Assembly (NCBI GenBank): GCA_037308085.1 | Contig: CP147779.1 | Coordinates: forward strand, 1,280,001-1,344,000 | Length of the DNA stretch: 64,000 nucleotides | Direction of reading: 5' to 3' | DNA from: Promethearchaeati archaeon SRVP18_Atabeyarchaeia-1 | Lineage (GTDB): Archaea > Asgardarchaeota > Atabeyarchaeia > Atabeyarchaeales > Atabeyarchaeaceae | Shown: positions 56,069-64,000 of the stretch, one piece after another | Layout of the letters: each line of letters starts with the position of its first letter | How positions within the stretch are numbered: the stretch's first letter is position 1 | Notes under the pieces: generated by a model | Told to the model about the DNA's origin: nothing | Databases searched by the model: none | What the model saw: only the letters and a program-made list of their open reading frames with translations | Translations under genes and position numbers: made by a program

Positions 56069-57673
56069 ATGAGTGAAAGAGTTCAAAGGAACTCATCATA
56101 TCTGAATGGCAAATCGACGGCAGGAACTTCAACTAGAGTGAAGGATACTAGTTGCACGAGCGGCATGTGCCCGATCTGTATACGTGAATGTGCTACAATA
56201 TGCGAGATAAGTCTGTCAGCTTTCAGGGGAAGAGAAGCGCTTTACCCTGAGCCCACCTACTTTGGATTAAGCACAGCTGGAGCTTTGAAAAACTTTGGTT
56301 TAGATTGGTCGCACTTCAACATCCACGCGAGTTTAATAGGGGCTGAAGGTATCGAAGCAGACTCTGACATCGCCTTATTCCCAAATGTGAGCGTCGAGAC
56401 AAAAGTCGGTGGAATTCCTCTCAAGATACCTGTGCTGACTGGCGCATTTGGCTCAACGGACGTTGCACGGCTAAACTGGGCAGGTCTGGGAATCGGTGCA
56501 GCGATCTCAGGAGTAATCTTGACTGTCGGAGAGAACGTTTGTGGGATGGATGCCGAAGCCGAATTCACCGACGGCAAGGTAACCAACTCGCCTGAGTTGA
56601 AGCGCAGGGTTGACATTTTCAGACAGTTCTGGGACGGAAAATACGGTGACATCGCGGTGCAGACGAATGTCGAAGACCAGAGGTTTGACGTTCACACTTA
56701 CGCCGCTTCGAAACTTGAGGTTAACGTTATTGAGCGAAAGTGGGGTCAAGGTGCAAAGGCCATTGGAGGAGAAGTCAGAATCTCAGACATCAACAAGGCG
56801 GTTCTACTAAAGAAGCGCGGCTACATAGTGATCCCGGATCCTGAAGACAAGAGCGTGATAGAAGCTTTCAAGGCTGGTGCACTGAAAACCTTCGAAAGAC
56901 ACAGTAGAGTTGGAATGCCGGTAGAGAAAGACTTCCTCGAAGATATCGACAAGCTAAGAGAGCAGGGAGTAAAACATGTCACGTTGAAGACAGGAGCCTA
57001 CCGACCATCAGCTGTCGCCTGGACCATGAAACTCGCCTCTGAAGCCAAGGTCGACTACATAACTTTCGATGGAGCTGGAGGAGGAACAGGCATGAGCCCT
57101 GTGCCCATGATGGATGAGATGGGCATACCTACAATCTACCTCGAAGCACTTGTGCTGAAGTGCGCTGAGATTCTCAAGAAGAAAAGAAAGAATGTGCCTG
57201 ACATGGTCATTGCTGGTGGTTTCATATCTGAAACACAAATATACAAGGCCATAGCACTAAGCAACTTCGGCAAAGAACCGTACATAAAAGCAGTACTGAT
57301 GGCTAGGTCGCCCCTCACAGCGGTTATGAAGTCCTCCTACTTTACGGAACTTTATAACAAAGGTCAGCTTCCAAAAACCTTTGTCAACAGGTATGGCAAT
57401 ACACCGGAAAACTTCTTTGCCGCTGCACCAGAACTAAAGGCAGAGTATGGGGAGAAGTTCAAGGAGATACCTTGGGAAGCGATTGGATTGTACAGTTACC
57501 TGCACGAAAGGATTGGAGTTGGACTACGCCAACTACTCGCTGGTTCCAGGAAATGGAAGCTGGACGGAGTAAGCAGGAAAGACTTAATCGCGTTAACAGA
57601 ACGCGCTGCCAGGGTTACAGGAATCCCATTGCCTGAAGAGTCCGAAGCTGATGTTATAGAACATATTCTATAA
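56069..57673 (+). CDS. FMN-binding glutamate synthase family protein (stand-alone GltB FMN domain-like)
   Basis: N-terminal C..GMC..C...C...C, GS, GENV, KWGQGAK..GGE, LKTG, DGAGGGTGMSP, AGG. Confidence 0.85.
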   Translation: MSERVQRNSSYLNGKSTAGTSTRVKDTSCTSGMCPICIRECATICEISLSAFRGREALYPEPTYFGLSTAGALKNFGLDWSHFNIHASLIGAEGIEADSDIALFPNVSVETKVGGIPLKIPVLTGAFGSTDVARLNWAGLGIGAAISGVILTVGENVCGMDAEAEFTDGKVTNSPELKRRVDIFRQFWDGKYGDIAVQTNVEDQRFDVHTYAASKLEVNVIERKWGQGAKAIGGEVRISDINKAVLLKKRGYIVIPDPEDKSVIEAFKAGALKTFERHSRVGMPVEKDFLEDIDKLREQGVKHVTLKTGAYRPSAVAWTMKLASEAKVDYITFDGAGGGTGMSPVPMMDEMGIPTIYLEALVLKCAEILKKKRKNVPDMVIAGGFISETQIYKAIALSNFGKEPYIKAVLMARSPLTAVMKSSYFTELYNKGQLPKTFVNRYGNTPENFFAAAPELKAEYGEKFKEIPWEAIGLYSYLHERIGVGLRQLLAGSRKWKLDGVSRKDLIALTERAARVTGIPLPEESEADVIEHIL

Positions 57674-57709
57674 TCTGAAACGCCAGCAGATAGATGGAGG
57701 GGAAAGATC

Positions 57710-57949
57710 CTGAAGGCATTCGTGGAAATGAACATCGCGCCTGGAAAAGTTAAGAACATCTTGAGGGAACTCAGAAGAATAAGTAACATAAGGGAAGTCA
57801 GCGCTGTGACTGGGCACTGTGATATCATAGCATCGATCGACGTAGGTGACATGGAGACCTTCTCTAGAATCCTGCTAGAAAGAATCCAGACGTTAGAAGG
57901 GATTACCCGCACAGAAACGCTAGTGTGTGTCCCTGCAGAGGCAGCATAA
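57710..57949 (+). CDS. Stand-alone Lrp/AsnC ligand-binding domain
   Basis: KAFVEM...VTGHCDIIA...I..LEGITRTET; no HTH; start CTG 57710 or GTG 57722. Confidence 0.8.
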   Translation: MKAFVEMNIAPGKVKNILRELRRISNIREVSAVTGHCDIIASIDVGDMETFSRILLERIQTLEGITRTETLVCVPAEAA

Positions 57950-57983
57950 CGTCAAGGCGCTGATCATCGCGTCGCTTAGGGCA

Positions 57984-58033
57984 AGTAGGAGCTAACTCCC
58001 AAGTGGGGATGCTCAGCTCCCACTACTTTTTTT
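57984..58033 (+). terminator. Hairpin plus T7 tract
   Basis: ggagct/agctcc and agtag/ctact arms followed by ttttttt. Confidence 0.55.
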
Positions 58034-58490
58034 AACGCTTGCTTTCTTACAGTTCACTTGAGAGACTATCGCGCAGATCTCTAGCGCCCAGAGTTCTGAA
58101 GGCTTGCCATATGTTGAACCAGGAATGCTGCGTTGGAGATCCTACGTTAGACGCCCAGACTAGGAAGTTGAAGGGTCGAGAGAGAACCGGAATCTGGATA
58201 CTCGAGTACTAGTCCGAGAAACACGGCGATTTCACTGGTGGCAAGTTCACAAGGCTTTCCCCTCAGTCCTTTCTTGACCAAATGGAAATTCAGCACCAGA
58301 TGCATGTTGAGGACAATGGCGGAGATATTTGGAAACCACAATCTAGAGAATAGAGATCTGCATTTATCGAAGATAGTCGAGTGATCTAATCCAGACCCAA
58401 ATCCAAAAACAATATCTATGCAGAACGTATGCTGATATAACCAATCAGGTTAACAAATTCGCGATTCAATTGGTTAAGGAGGATGATTAT

Positions 58491-59747
58491 TTGTCTCAGA
58501 AGGAAACCAAAAACCCATTCGATATGTACGTGAAGAATCTGGAGCTATGCGCAGAGAAACTAAAGTTGGACAAGGGAATAGTCAAGCGACTACAGTACCC
58601 CAAAAGGGCACTGATTGTCTCCTTGCCAGTCAGAATGGACAACGGGGAAATCGAAGTATTCACAGGCTACAGAGTGCAGTTCAACGATGCAAGAGGTCCA
58701 TTCAAGGGCGGAATAAGATACCACCCGAACGTCAACCTGGACGAAGTCAAGGCCCTCTCAGCATGGATGACAATCAAGACAGCAGTTATCGACATCCCCT
58801 ATGGCGGAGCAAAGGGTGGAATAACCTGCAACCCTCTCAAGATGTCGCCTGGTGAGATTGAGAGATTAACAAGGCGATACGCTTTCTCGATCAAGGACTT
58901 CATTGGACCGTACATAGATGTCCCAGCGCCTGACGTTTACACAAGCGGAAGAGAAATGGCTTGGATCATGGACACCTACTCCATGGCTGTCGGACACAAG
59001 GTTCCAGAGGTGGTCACGGGCAAGCCTCTAGAAATAGGCGGATCCCTTGGACGAGAATCTTCCACTGGAAGAGGTCTAGCATTCTGTGTTCGGGAAGCCT
59101 GTAAGAGGATAAACATAGATCTGAAGGCTGCAACGTTTGTGGTACAGGGATACGGTAACGTCGGAATATTCGCAGCGAAAATACTTGCAGGCTGGGGTGC
59201 GAAGATGATTGCCGCCAGCGACTCAAAGGGTGGCGTTGTCGACCCCAAGGGAATCGACCCGAGCAAACTACTCGAACACAAAGAGAAAACAGACAAAGTG
59301 GCAGGCTACCCAGGAACGAAGAACATAACAAACGAGGAACTGCTTCTCACAAAATGCGACATACTACTCCCATGCGCTCTTGAAAACCAGATTACAGGGG
59401 AAAACGCCCCGAAACTCAACTGCAAGATCATTGGTGAGGGCGCGAACGGCCCGACAACCCCGGATGCTGATGAAATAATCTACAGCAAGAAGATACTTGT
59501 GTTGCCAGATGTCCTCGCGAACTCCGGCGGAGTTTTAGGCTCATATTTCGAGTGGCTCCAGAACCTCAACAGAGATAGCTGGACAGAGGATGAATTCAAC
59601 AAGAAGCTTGAAGAAAAGATGGTTAAGGCCTTCAACGGTGTCTATGACATGTCCCAGAAGTACAAGGTGAACATGCGCACAGGAGCGTACATGATCGCAG
59701 TGAAACGTATCGCTGATGCCACAGAGAAACTCGGACTCTTCCCATAG
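58491..59747 (+). CDS. gdhA: Glutamate dehydrogenase
   Basis: GPFKGGIRYHP, MTIK, PYGGAKGG, DVPAPDV, TGK..GGS.GR, QGYGNVG, EGANGP; TTG after AGGAGG. Confidence 0.95.
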   Translation: MSQKETKNPFDMYVKNLELCAEKLKLDKGIVKRLQYPKRALIVSLPVRMDNGEIEVFTGYRVQFNDARGPFKGGIRYHPNVNLDEVKALSAWMTIKTAVIDIPYGGAKGGITCNPLKMSPGEIERLTRRYAFSIKDFIGPYIDVPAPDVYTSGREMAWIMDTYSMAVGHKVPEVVTGKPLEIGGSLGRESSTGRGLAFCVREACKRINIDLKAATFVVQGYGNVGIFAAKILAGWGAKMIAASDSKGGVVDPKGIDPSKLLEHKEKTDKVAGYPGTKNITNEELLLTKCDILLPCALENQITGENAPKLNCKIIGEGANGPTTPDADEIIYSKKILVLPDVLANSGGVLGSYFEWLQNLNRDSWTEDEFNKKLEEKMVKAFNGVYDMSQKYKVNMRTGAYMIAVKRIADATEKLGLFP

Positions 59748-59788
59748 GTATGCGCCAAGAAGGATGTCTCTAGCTATATATGAAATCT

Positions 59789-59823
59789 AATGGGCACGCA
59801 TGCCCATTCCCTTCTCATTTTTT
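59789..59823 (+). terminator. Hairpin plus T tract
   Basis: aatgggca-cgca-tgcccatt followed by tttttt. Confidence 0.5.
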
Positions 59824-60195
59824 GAGGTCGCGTTTCCACGTTATCCACTTGAAAGTGCGAATTTCTGGCGCGAGTCGATGTCTCGCTAAGCTAGAAGTGG
59901 CATATCTAATCGTGCTTAGGAGCATCGTTGTCGTATTTCATCGTCTTTTCTGCTATTTCTGTGCACCGCGCTGTCGAGACTGGACACACGAATGACGCCC
60001 GACTTACTATCTTCCATTGAAAGAATAGCCCCGCCATCGATGGCAAAAACGAATGGAGAGACACATTCCAATAAGGGCAACTGGCAGAGATCGCAGAAGG
60101 CAGGTCCAGTCACAATCGAATCCAAGAATTAAAGAATCTGAATAGCGAGTTAAATAACAGCGAAAAGGCTCCTAGTTGAATATGGGGGTGTTTGT

Positions 60196-61452
60196 TTGTC
60201 TAGTCGAGCAGATATCAACCCGTTTGATACGTATACAAAGAACCTTGACATATGTGCCGAAAAGTTGAAGCTAGATCCAGGAATGGTTGAATGGTTGAAG
60301 AGCGCCAAGAGGACTCTGACAATCTCGTTACCCGTAAGATTAGATAACGGAAAAATCAGGGTTTTCACGGGATATAGAGTGCAATTCAACGATGCGAGAG
60401 GTCCCTACAAAGGGGGGATCAGATATGCTCCAGAAGCCAACTTGGATGAAGTGAAAGCGCTCGCGGCATGGATGACCATAAAGACAGCGGTCATTGACAT
60501 ACCTTTTGGTGGTGCAAAGGGAGGTATAGCTTGCGACCCTGCAAAGATGTCTGCCAGCGAGATCGAGAGAATGACGAGGAGATACGCTTTCGCGATCAGG
60601 GACTTCATTGGTCCGTACATTGATGTTCCGGCACCAGATGTCAATACTGGTCCGAGAGAGATGGCTTGGATAATGGACACATACTCCATGGCTGTCGGAC
60701 ACATGGTTCCAGAGATCGTAACAGGGAAACCCTTGGAAGTGGGCGGATCCTTGGGTAGAAAAGAAGCAACAGGTCACGGCGTAGCTATCTGTGTCCGGGA
60801 AGCTTGCAAAGAACTTAACTTGAGTCTGAAGGGGGCTAACGTCGCCGTCCAAGGATTTGGAAACGTCGGATCATGGACAGCAATTACGCTCCAAGGCATG
60901 GGCGCCAGAATCATCGCAACGAGCGACATAAACGGGGCAATACTTAACCCAGGTGGAATCGATGCCAACGAACTAGCCAAATACGTGGAGAAAACTGGTT
61001 CGGTTATGAAGTTCCCTGGAACAAAGGCCATCCACAATGATGAACTGCTGGCCACAAAATGCGACATACTTGTCCCAGCCGCGTTGGAGAACCAGATCAC
61101 ACAAGAGAATGCTCCAGAAGTCAAATGCAAGCTGATGGTTGAGGGTGCCAACGGTCCTACAACCACTGAAGCAGACGAGATTCTCAACAAGAACAAGATA
61201 GTTGTTGTACCAGATGTTCTGGCGAACTCGGGCGGCGTGTTGGGTTCATACTTCGAGTGGCTTCAGAATATTCACAGAGAAACTTGGTCAATTCAGGAAT
61301 TCAATTCGCAGCTTGAGAAGAAGATCGTTAAGGCGTTTCACGACGTCTACGATATGTCTAAGAACTTCAATGTGACAATGCGCACAGCGGCTTACATGAT
61401 AGCAGTGAAGAGAATCGCTGACGCAATGAGCAAGCTGGGACTATTCCCTTAG
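60196..61452 (+). CDS. gdhA: Glutamate dehydrogenase (tandem paralog)
   Basis: Same motifs as 58491 with QGFGNVG; long identical peptide stretches. Confidence 0.95.
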   Translation: MSSRADINPFDTYTKNLDICAEKLKLDPGMVEWLKSAKRTLTISLPVRLDNGKIRVFTGYRVQFNDARGPYKGGIRYAPEANLDEVKALAAWMTIKTAVIDIPFGGAKGGIACDPAKMSASEIERMTRRYAFAIRDFIGPYIDVPAPDVNTGPREMAWIMDTYSMAVGHMVPEIVTGKPLEVGGSLGRKEATGHGVAICVREACKELNLSLKGANVAVQGFGNVGSWTAITLQGMGARIIATSDINGAILNPGGIDANELAKYVEKTGSVMKFPGTKAIHNDELLATKCDILVPAALENQITQENAPEVKCKLMVEGANGPTTTEADEILNKNKIVVVPDVLANSGGVLGSYFEWLQNIHRETWSIQEFNSQLEKKIVKAFHDVYDMSKNFNVTMRTAAYMIAVKRIADAMSKLGLFP

Positions 61453-61670
61453 GAAAGAGTCTCTGGAGAAGGGAAGACAGGTTCTCAAATTCCCTATCTC
61501 CTCAATCTTCCTTATTTTTCGTATGCCGTATCATCCGTCATAAGTTGAGAATGAATCCAAGTCAGGCTTCAGCTGGGGAACCAGTTCGCAACTGCTTTAT
61601 AATTCTGGACATTATATAGATTGAAAGATGGAAGATCCGATCATAGAGCGACCCAGCCGAGGATGATTAG

Positions 61671-63803
61671 GTGATGGGTGAATCAAATAAGAGAATAGAA
61701 GCAAGAGTACTATCCTCGCTGGGCATTCAAGATGTATGTGACCCTGTGGCCGCCTTTCGAACTACTCTCACAGCTCTAGCGACGATCTTGAAGGCGCTAG
61801 GCAACTGTAAACTGGGAGATTTCATCTCGAGCACAACTTTCTCCCTTGCACGATCTCTGAGAAGACTTTCCAGTGGTGATCTCGATTCTCTGGAAAGGCA
61901 GGTCGCAGCGGATCAGGAATCCTGTACGGAGGAGGGCATAAGCAGAAATCAAGTGTCGGTTCAGAAGCTGATCAGCTCTCCAATGAGAAAGAGACTTGCA
62001 GCCTACTATACGAAGGCAGCTGGCTTGGAGCTGATGGCCCAGTCAGCTGCAGATTTTGCGACAGGACGACGTGTCCCGATAGTCTTAGCTGATCCTTTCT
62101 TAGGCTCGGGGCTGACGATCACAGCGGCACTGAAGTACCTTGACCTTTCCCATGTGCGCAAGGTTTGGGGTGTGGAGCCACATCCTTTGCCGGCGCTCGT
62201 TGCCTATTCTGCGATCCTTCGTTCGTTGAAAGGAGACTCTGGCAAGATCAATATAGTTGTTGGAGACGTCTTTGAAGAAATGTCTCGTAACCCAACGACT
62301 CCCTCAGTCATTCCGGGGGAGAGGGGCAATGGAGATACTCTGACCGCAGACATTATTGTTACGAACCCGCCATTCACTAGGTGGGAGCTCCTCGGGAGTC
62401 GCTATCGAGGTCTTCTCTGGAGTTTCATGGAGAAGCGGGGGTATGGCAAGTACGTAACCAGAAAACAGCTCAATCTCCAAGTGGCATCTCTCTTCGTGAC
62501 AGATTGCCTTCTCGGAAAGGATGGTTTGCTGGCTTCCGTTCTGCCAGCATCGACATTCTATACCATATATGGCGAGGCAGCCAAGAAGCTACTTGAAGAG
62601 AAATATGAGATAACAGCTCTCGTTGAGAACGATCGCGAGACATCGTTCTCATTTGACAGTGGGCTCAAGGAAGTAATTCTTCTTGCAACAAAGCGAAGAT
62701 CGGCCAAAGCGAACAGGACTGCTTTTGCCAATATTGGTGACGGAGACATCGAAGACATCCGAATAGTCAGTAAGGCCATTATAGAGCGCCGGTCGGAGGA
62801 CAACGGCATAACATGGGTCGACTTGGCTGAGAAATCGATTTTGCCAGATGCGAACTGGTTGGTCTTCTTCGCCAATACCAAGCTTAAAGAAACAATTTCA
62901 AAGATACTTACAGTTGCGTTGAAGAAGGGAACGATTGGGAAATGGGAAACTATCTACGGCAGACAAAGCATTCTTAGAGGCGTGGAGATGTATGGTCCGG
63001 ACTTCTTCTTCATACCAAACCGATATTGGGATGCCGTGGAAGAGAATGGACTGACAGTGGACATTGAAAACCTCGCCGATGAGGTCAAGCTCAGCCTTCC
63101 CAAGGATTGCCTCATTCCAGCTCTGAGAAAACCTTGTCTATACCTTGACGCCATAAGACCGACCGTCAGGCATTACCTCCTGTCCGTTCCCCCAAGACCC
63201 GCCGATGAGTTCCCAGAAGATCTTGCCAAATACATCGCTTGGGGCAAGCGCAAGTCGACAGGTCAACCCGCGATCAAGTTGCTAGGCAGACTCTGGTATA
63301 GCCATGTAAACGAGCAGTTGAAAGTCAAGAACCCGTTTGGCAAAGTCTTCCTTCCGGATAAGGTTGATCCTTCCTTCAGAAATCGTGGCCTATTTGCGTA
63401 CCACTATGAGACCCCTCTTGCAGCTTCAAAGAACTTCCATATTGTGTCGCTTGATGATGACTCGAAGAACAAGCTAATAGCCGCTTGGTTCAATAGCTCA
63501 CTATTCGTGTCTTACTTCATCCTCACGGGAAGAAGGATAACCCGAAGTTGGTCCAGACTCCTCAAGGATGACTATCTGAAAATGCCTACCATCGACCTGA
63601 ACTCACTCGGCAGAAGAGACACAGCAGAACTGGAGAAAGTCTTCGGAAGCATCCTCGAACAGAGACTACCGCCCATGAAGAAGCAGCTCAAGGAGAACTA
63701 CAGACACGAGATTGACAGGATCCTACTCCAGGTAATGGGAATTGAGGATCCAGAGAAGATTCTGACCGAACTGTATTCTGCGCTCGAGCAGAATCTAAAC
63801 TAG
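61671..63803 (+). CDS. N6-adenine DNA methyltransferase (gamma class, C-terminal TRD-like region)
   Basis: YYT, ADPFLGSG (motif I), TNPPF (motif IV), FNSS-type TRD helix. Confidence 0.85.
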   Translation: MMGESNKRIEARVLSSLGIQDVCDPVAAFRTTLTALATILKALGNCKLGDFISSTTFSLARSLRRLSSGDLDSLERQVAADQESCTEEGISRNQVSVQKLISSPMRKRLAAYYTKAAGLELMAQSAADFATGRRVPIVLADPFLGSGLTITAALKYLDLSHVRKVWGVEPHPLPALVAYSAILRSLKGDSGKINIVVGDVFEEMSRNPTTPSVIPGERGNGDTLTADIIVTNPPFTRWELLGSRYRGLLWSFMEKRGYGKYVTRKQLNLQVASLFVTDCLLGKDGLLASVLPASTFYTIYGEAAKKLLEEKYEITALVENDRETSFSFDSGLKEVILLATKRRSAKANRTAFANIGDGDIEDIRIVSKAIIERRSEDNGITWVDLAEKSILPDANWLVFFANTKLKETISKILTVALKKGTIGKWETIYGRQSILRGVEMYGPDFFFIPNRYWDAVEENGLTVDIENLADEVKLSLPKDCLIPALRKPCLYLDAIRPTVRHYLLSVPPRPADEFPEDLAKYIAWGKRKSTGQPAIKLLGRLWYSHVNEQLKVKNPFGKVFLPDKVDPSFRNRGLFAYHYETPLAASKNFHIVSLDDDSKNKLIAAWFNSSLFVSYFILTGRRITRSWSRLLKDDYLKMPTIDLNSLGRRDTAELEKVFGSILEQRLPPMKKQLKENYRHEIDRILLQVMGIEDPEKILTELYSALEQNLN

Positions 63804-64000
63804 CCACAACCTCATCGGAGCATAAGGATTCTCTTTGATCTATCTGGATCACGCCCACTTGGAAATTCCCCGCCTGCTGCAACTGCTCCAGTCTATGTTG
63901 GTTTGCATAGGTATAAGTCATACCGATTCTAAGCATACCCGAAAGACTCTGCCCGTTGAGATAGACCCGTATCCTCCTGTATACGCACCCGGGGACAATC

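Noticed and set aside
63688-64000. Minus-strand ORF entering from the window edge
   Set aside because: Overlaps the MTase end and has no recognisable motif; cannot be supported.
1-64000. CRISPR arrays, tRNA/rRNA genes, selenoprotein UGA recoding, and the many short antisense ORFs in the track
   Set aside because: No regularly spaced repeats, cloverleafs or in-frame UGA at catalytic positions were seen by eye; antisense ORFs shadow well-supported genes.

Overview
Gene-dense 64 kb archaeal chromosomal segment with about 50 CDS; no rRNA, tRNA or CRISPR array was recognised. Several eukaryotic-signature-like genes (ARPC4-like protein, Rab-like GTPase, tandem RING-like protein) suggest an Asgard archaeon; this is an inference. 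Metabolic content: AOR, DUF362 Fe-S protein, MoaD/SAMP, three Glu/Leu/Phe/Val dehydrogenases, a stand-alone glutamate-synthase FMN-domain protein with several Lrp/AsnC regulators, alanine and HisC-type aminotransferases, glycan and sugar catabolism (GH35, GH38, FGGY kinase, IlvD/Edd dehydratase, PPi-type PFK, Cgl0159-like aldolase, glycerate kinase, GyaR, SerK), a GlcD/GlcF-like pair, LarB/LarC, Prs and a bacterial-type HU. Accessory elements: a 2.8 kb island bracketed by degenerate ~110 bp direct repeats with TnpB debris, an IS607-like element whose tnpB carries one in-frame TAG, and an orphan N6-adenine MTase. Best candidates for an undescribed system: (i) the ARPC4-like protein with a Cys cluster and a long C-terminal extension; (ii) two RRE-bearing RiPP-type enzymes (a B12 radical SAM and a PqqD-M50 peptidase fusion), each with a small Cys-containing ORF upstream; (iii) an Lrp-rich glutamate module with a possible RNA-switch leader. 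All family calls come from motif recognition by eye; no database searches were run.
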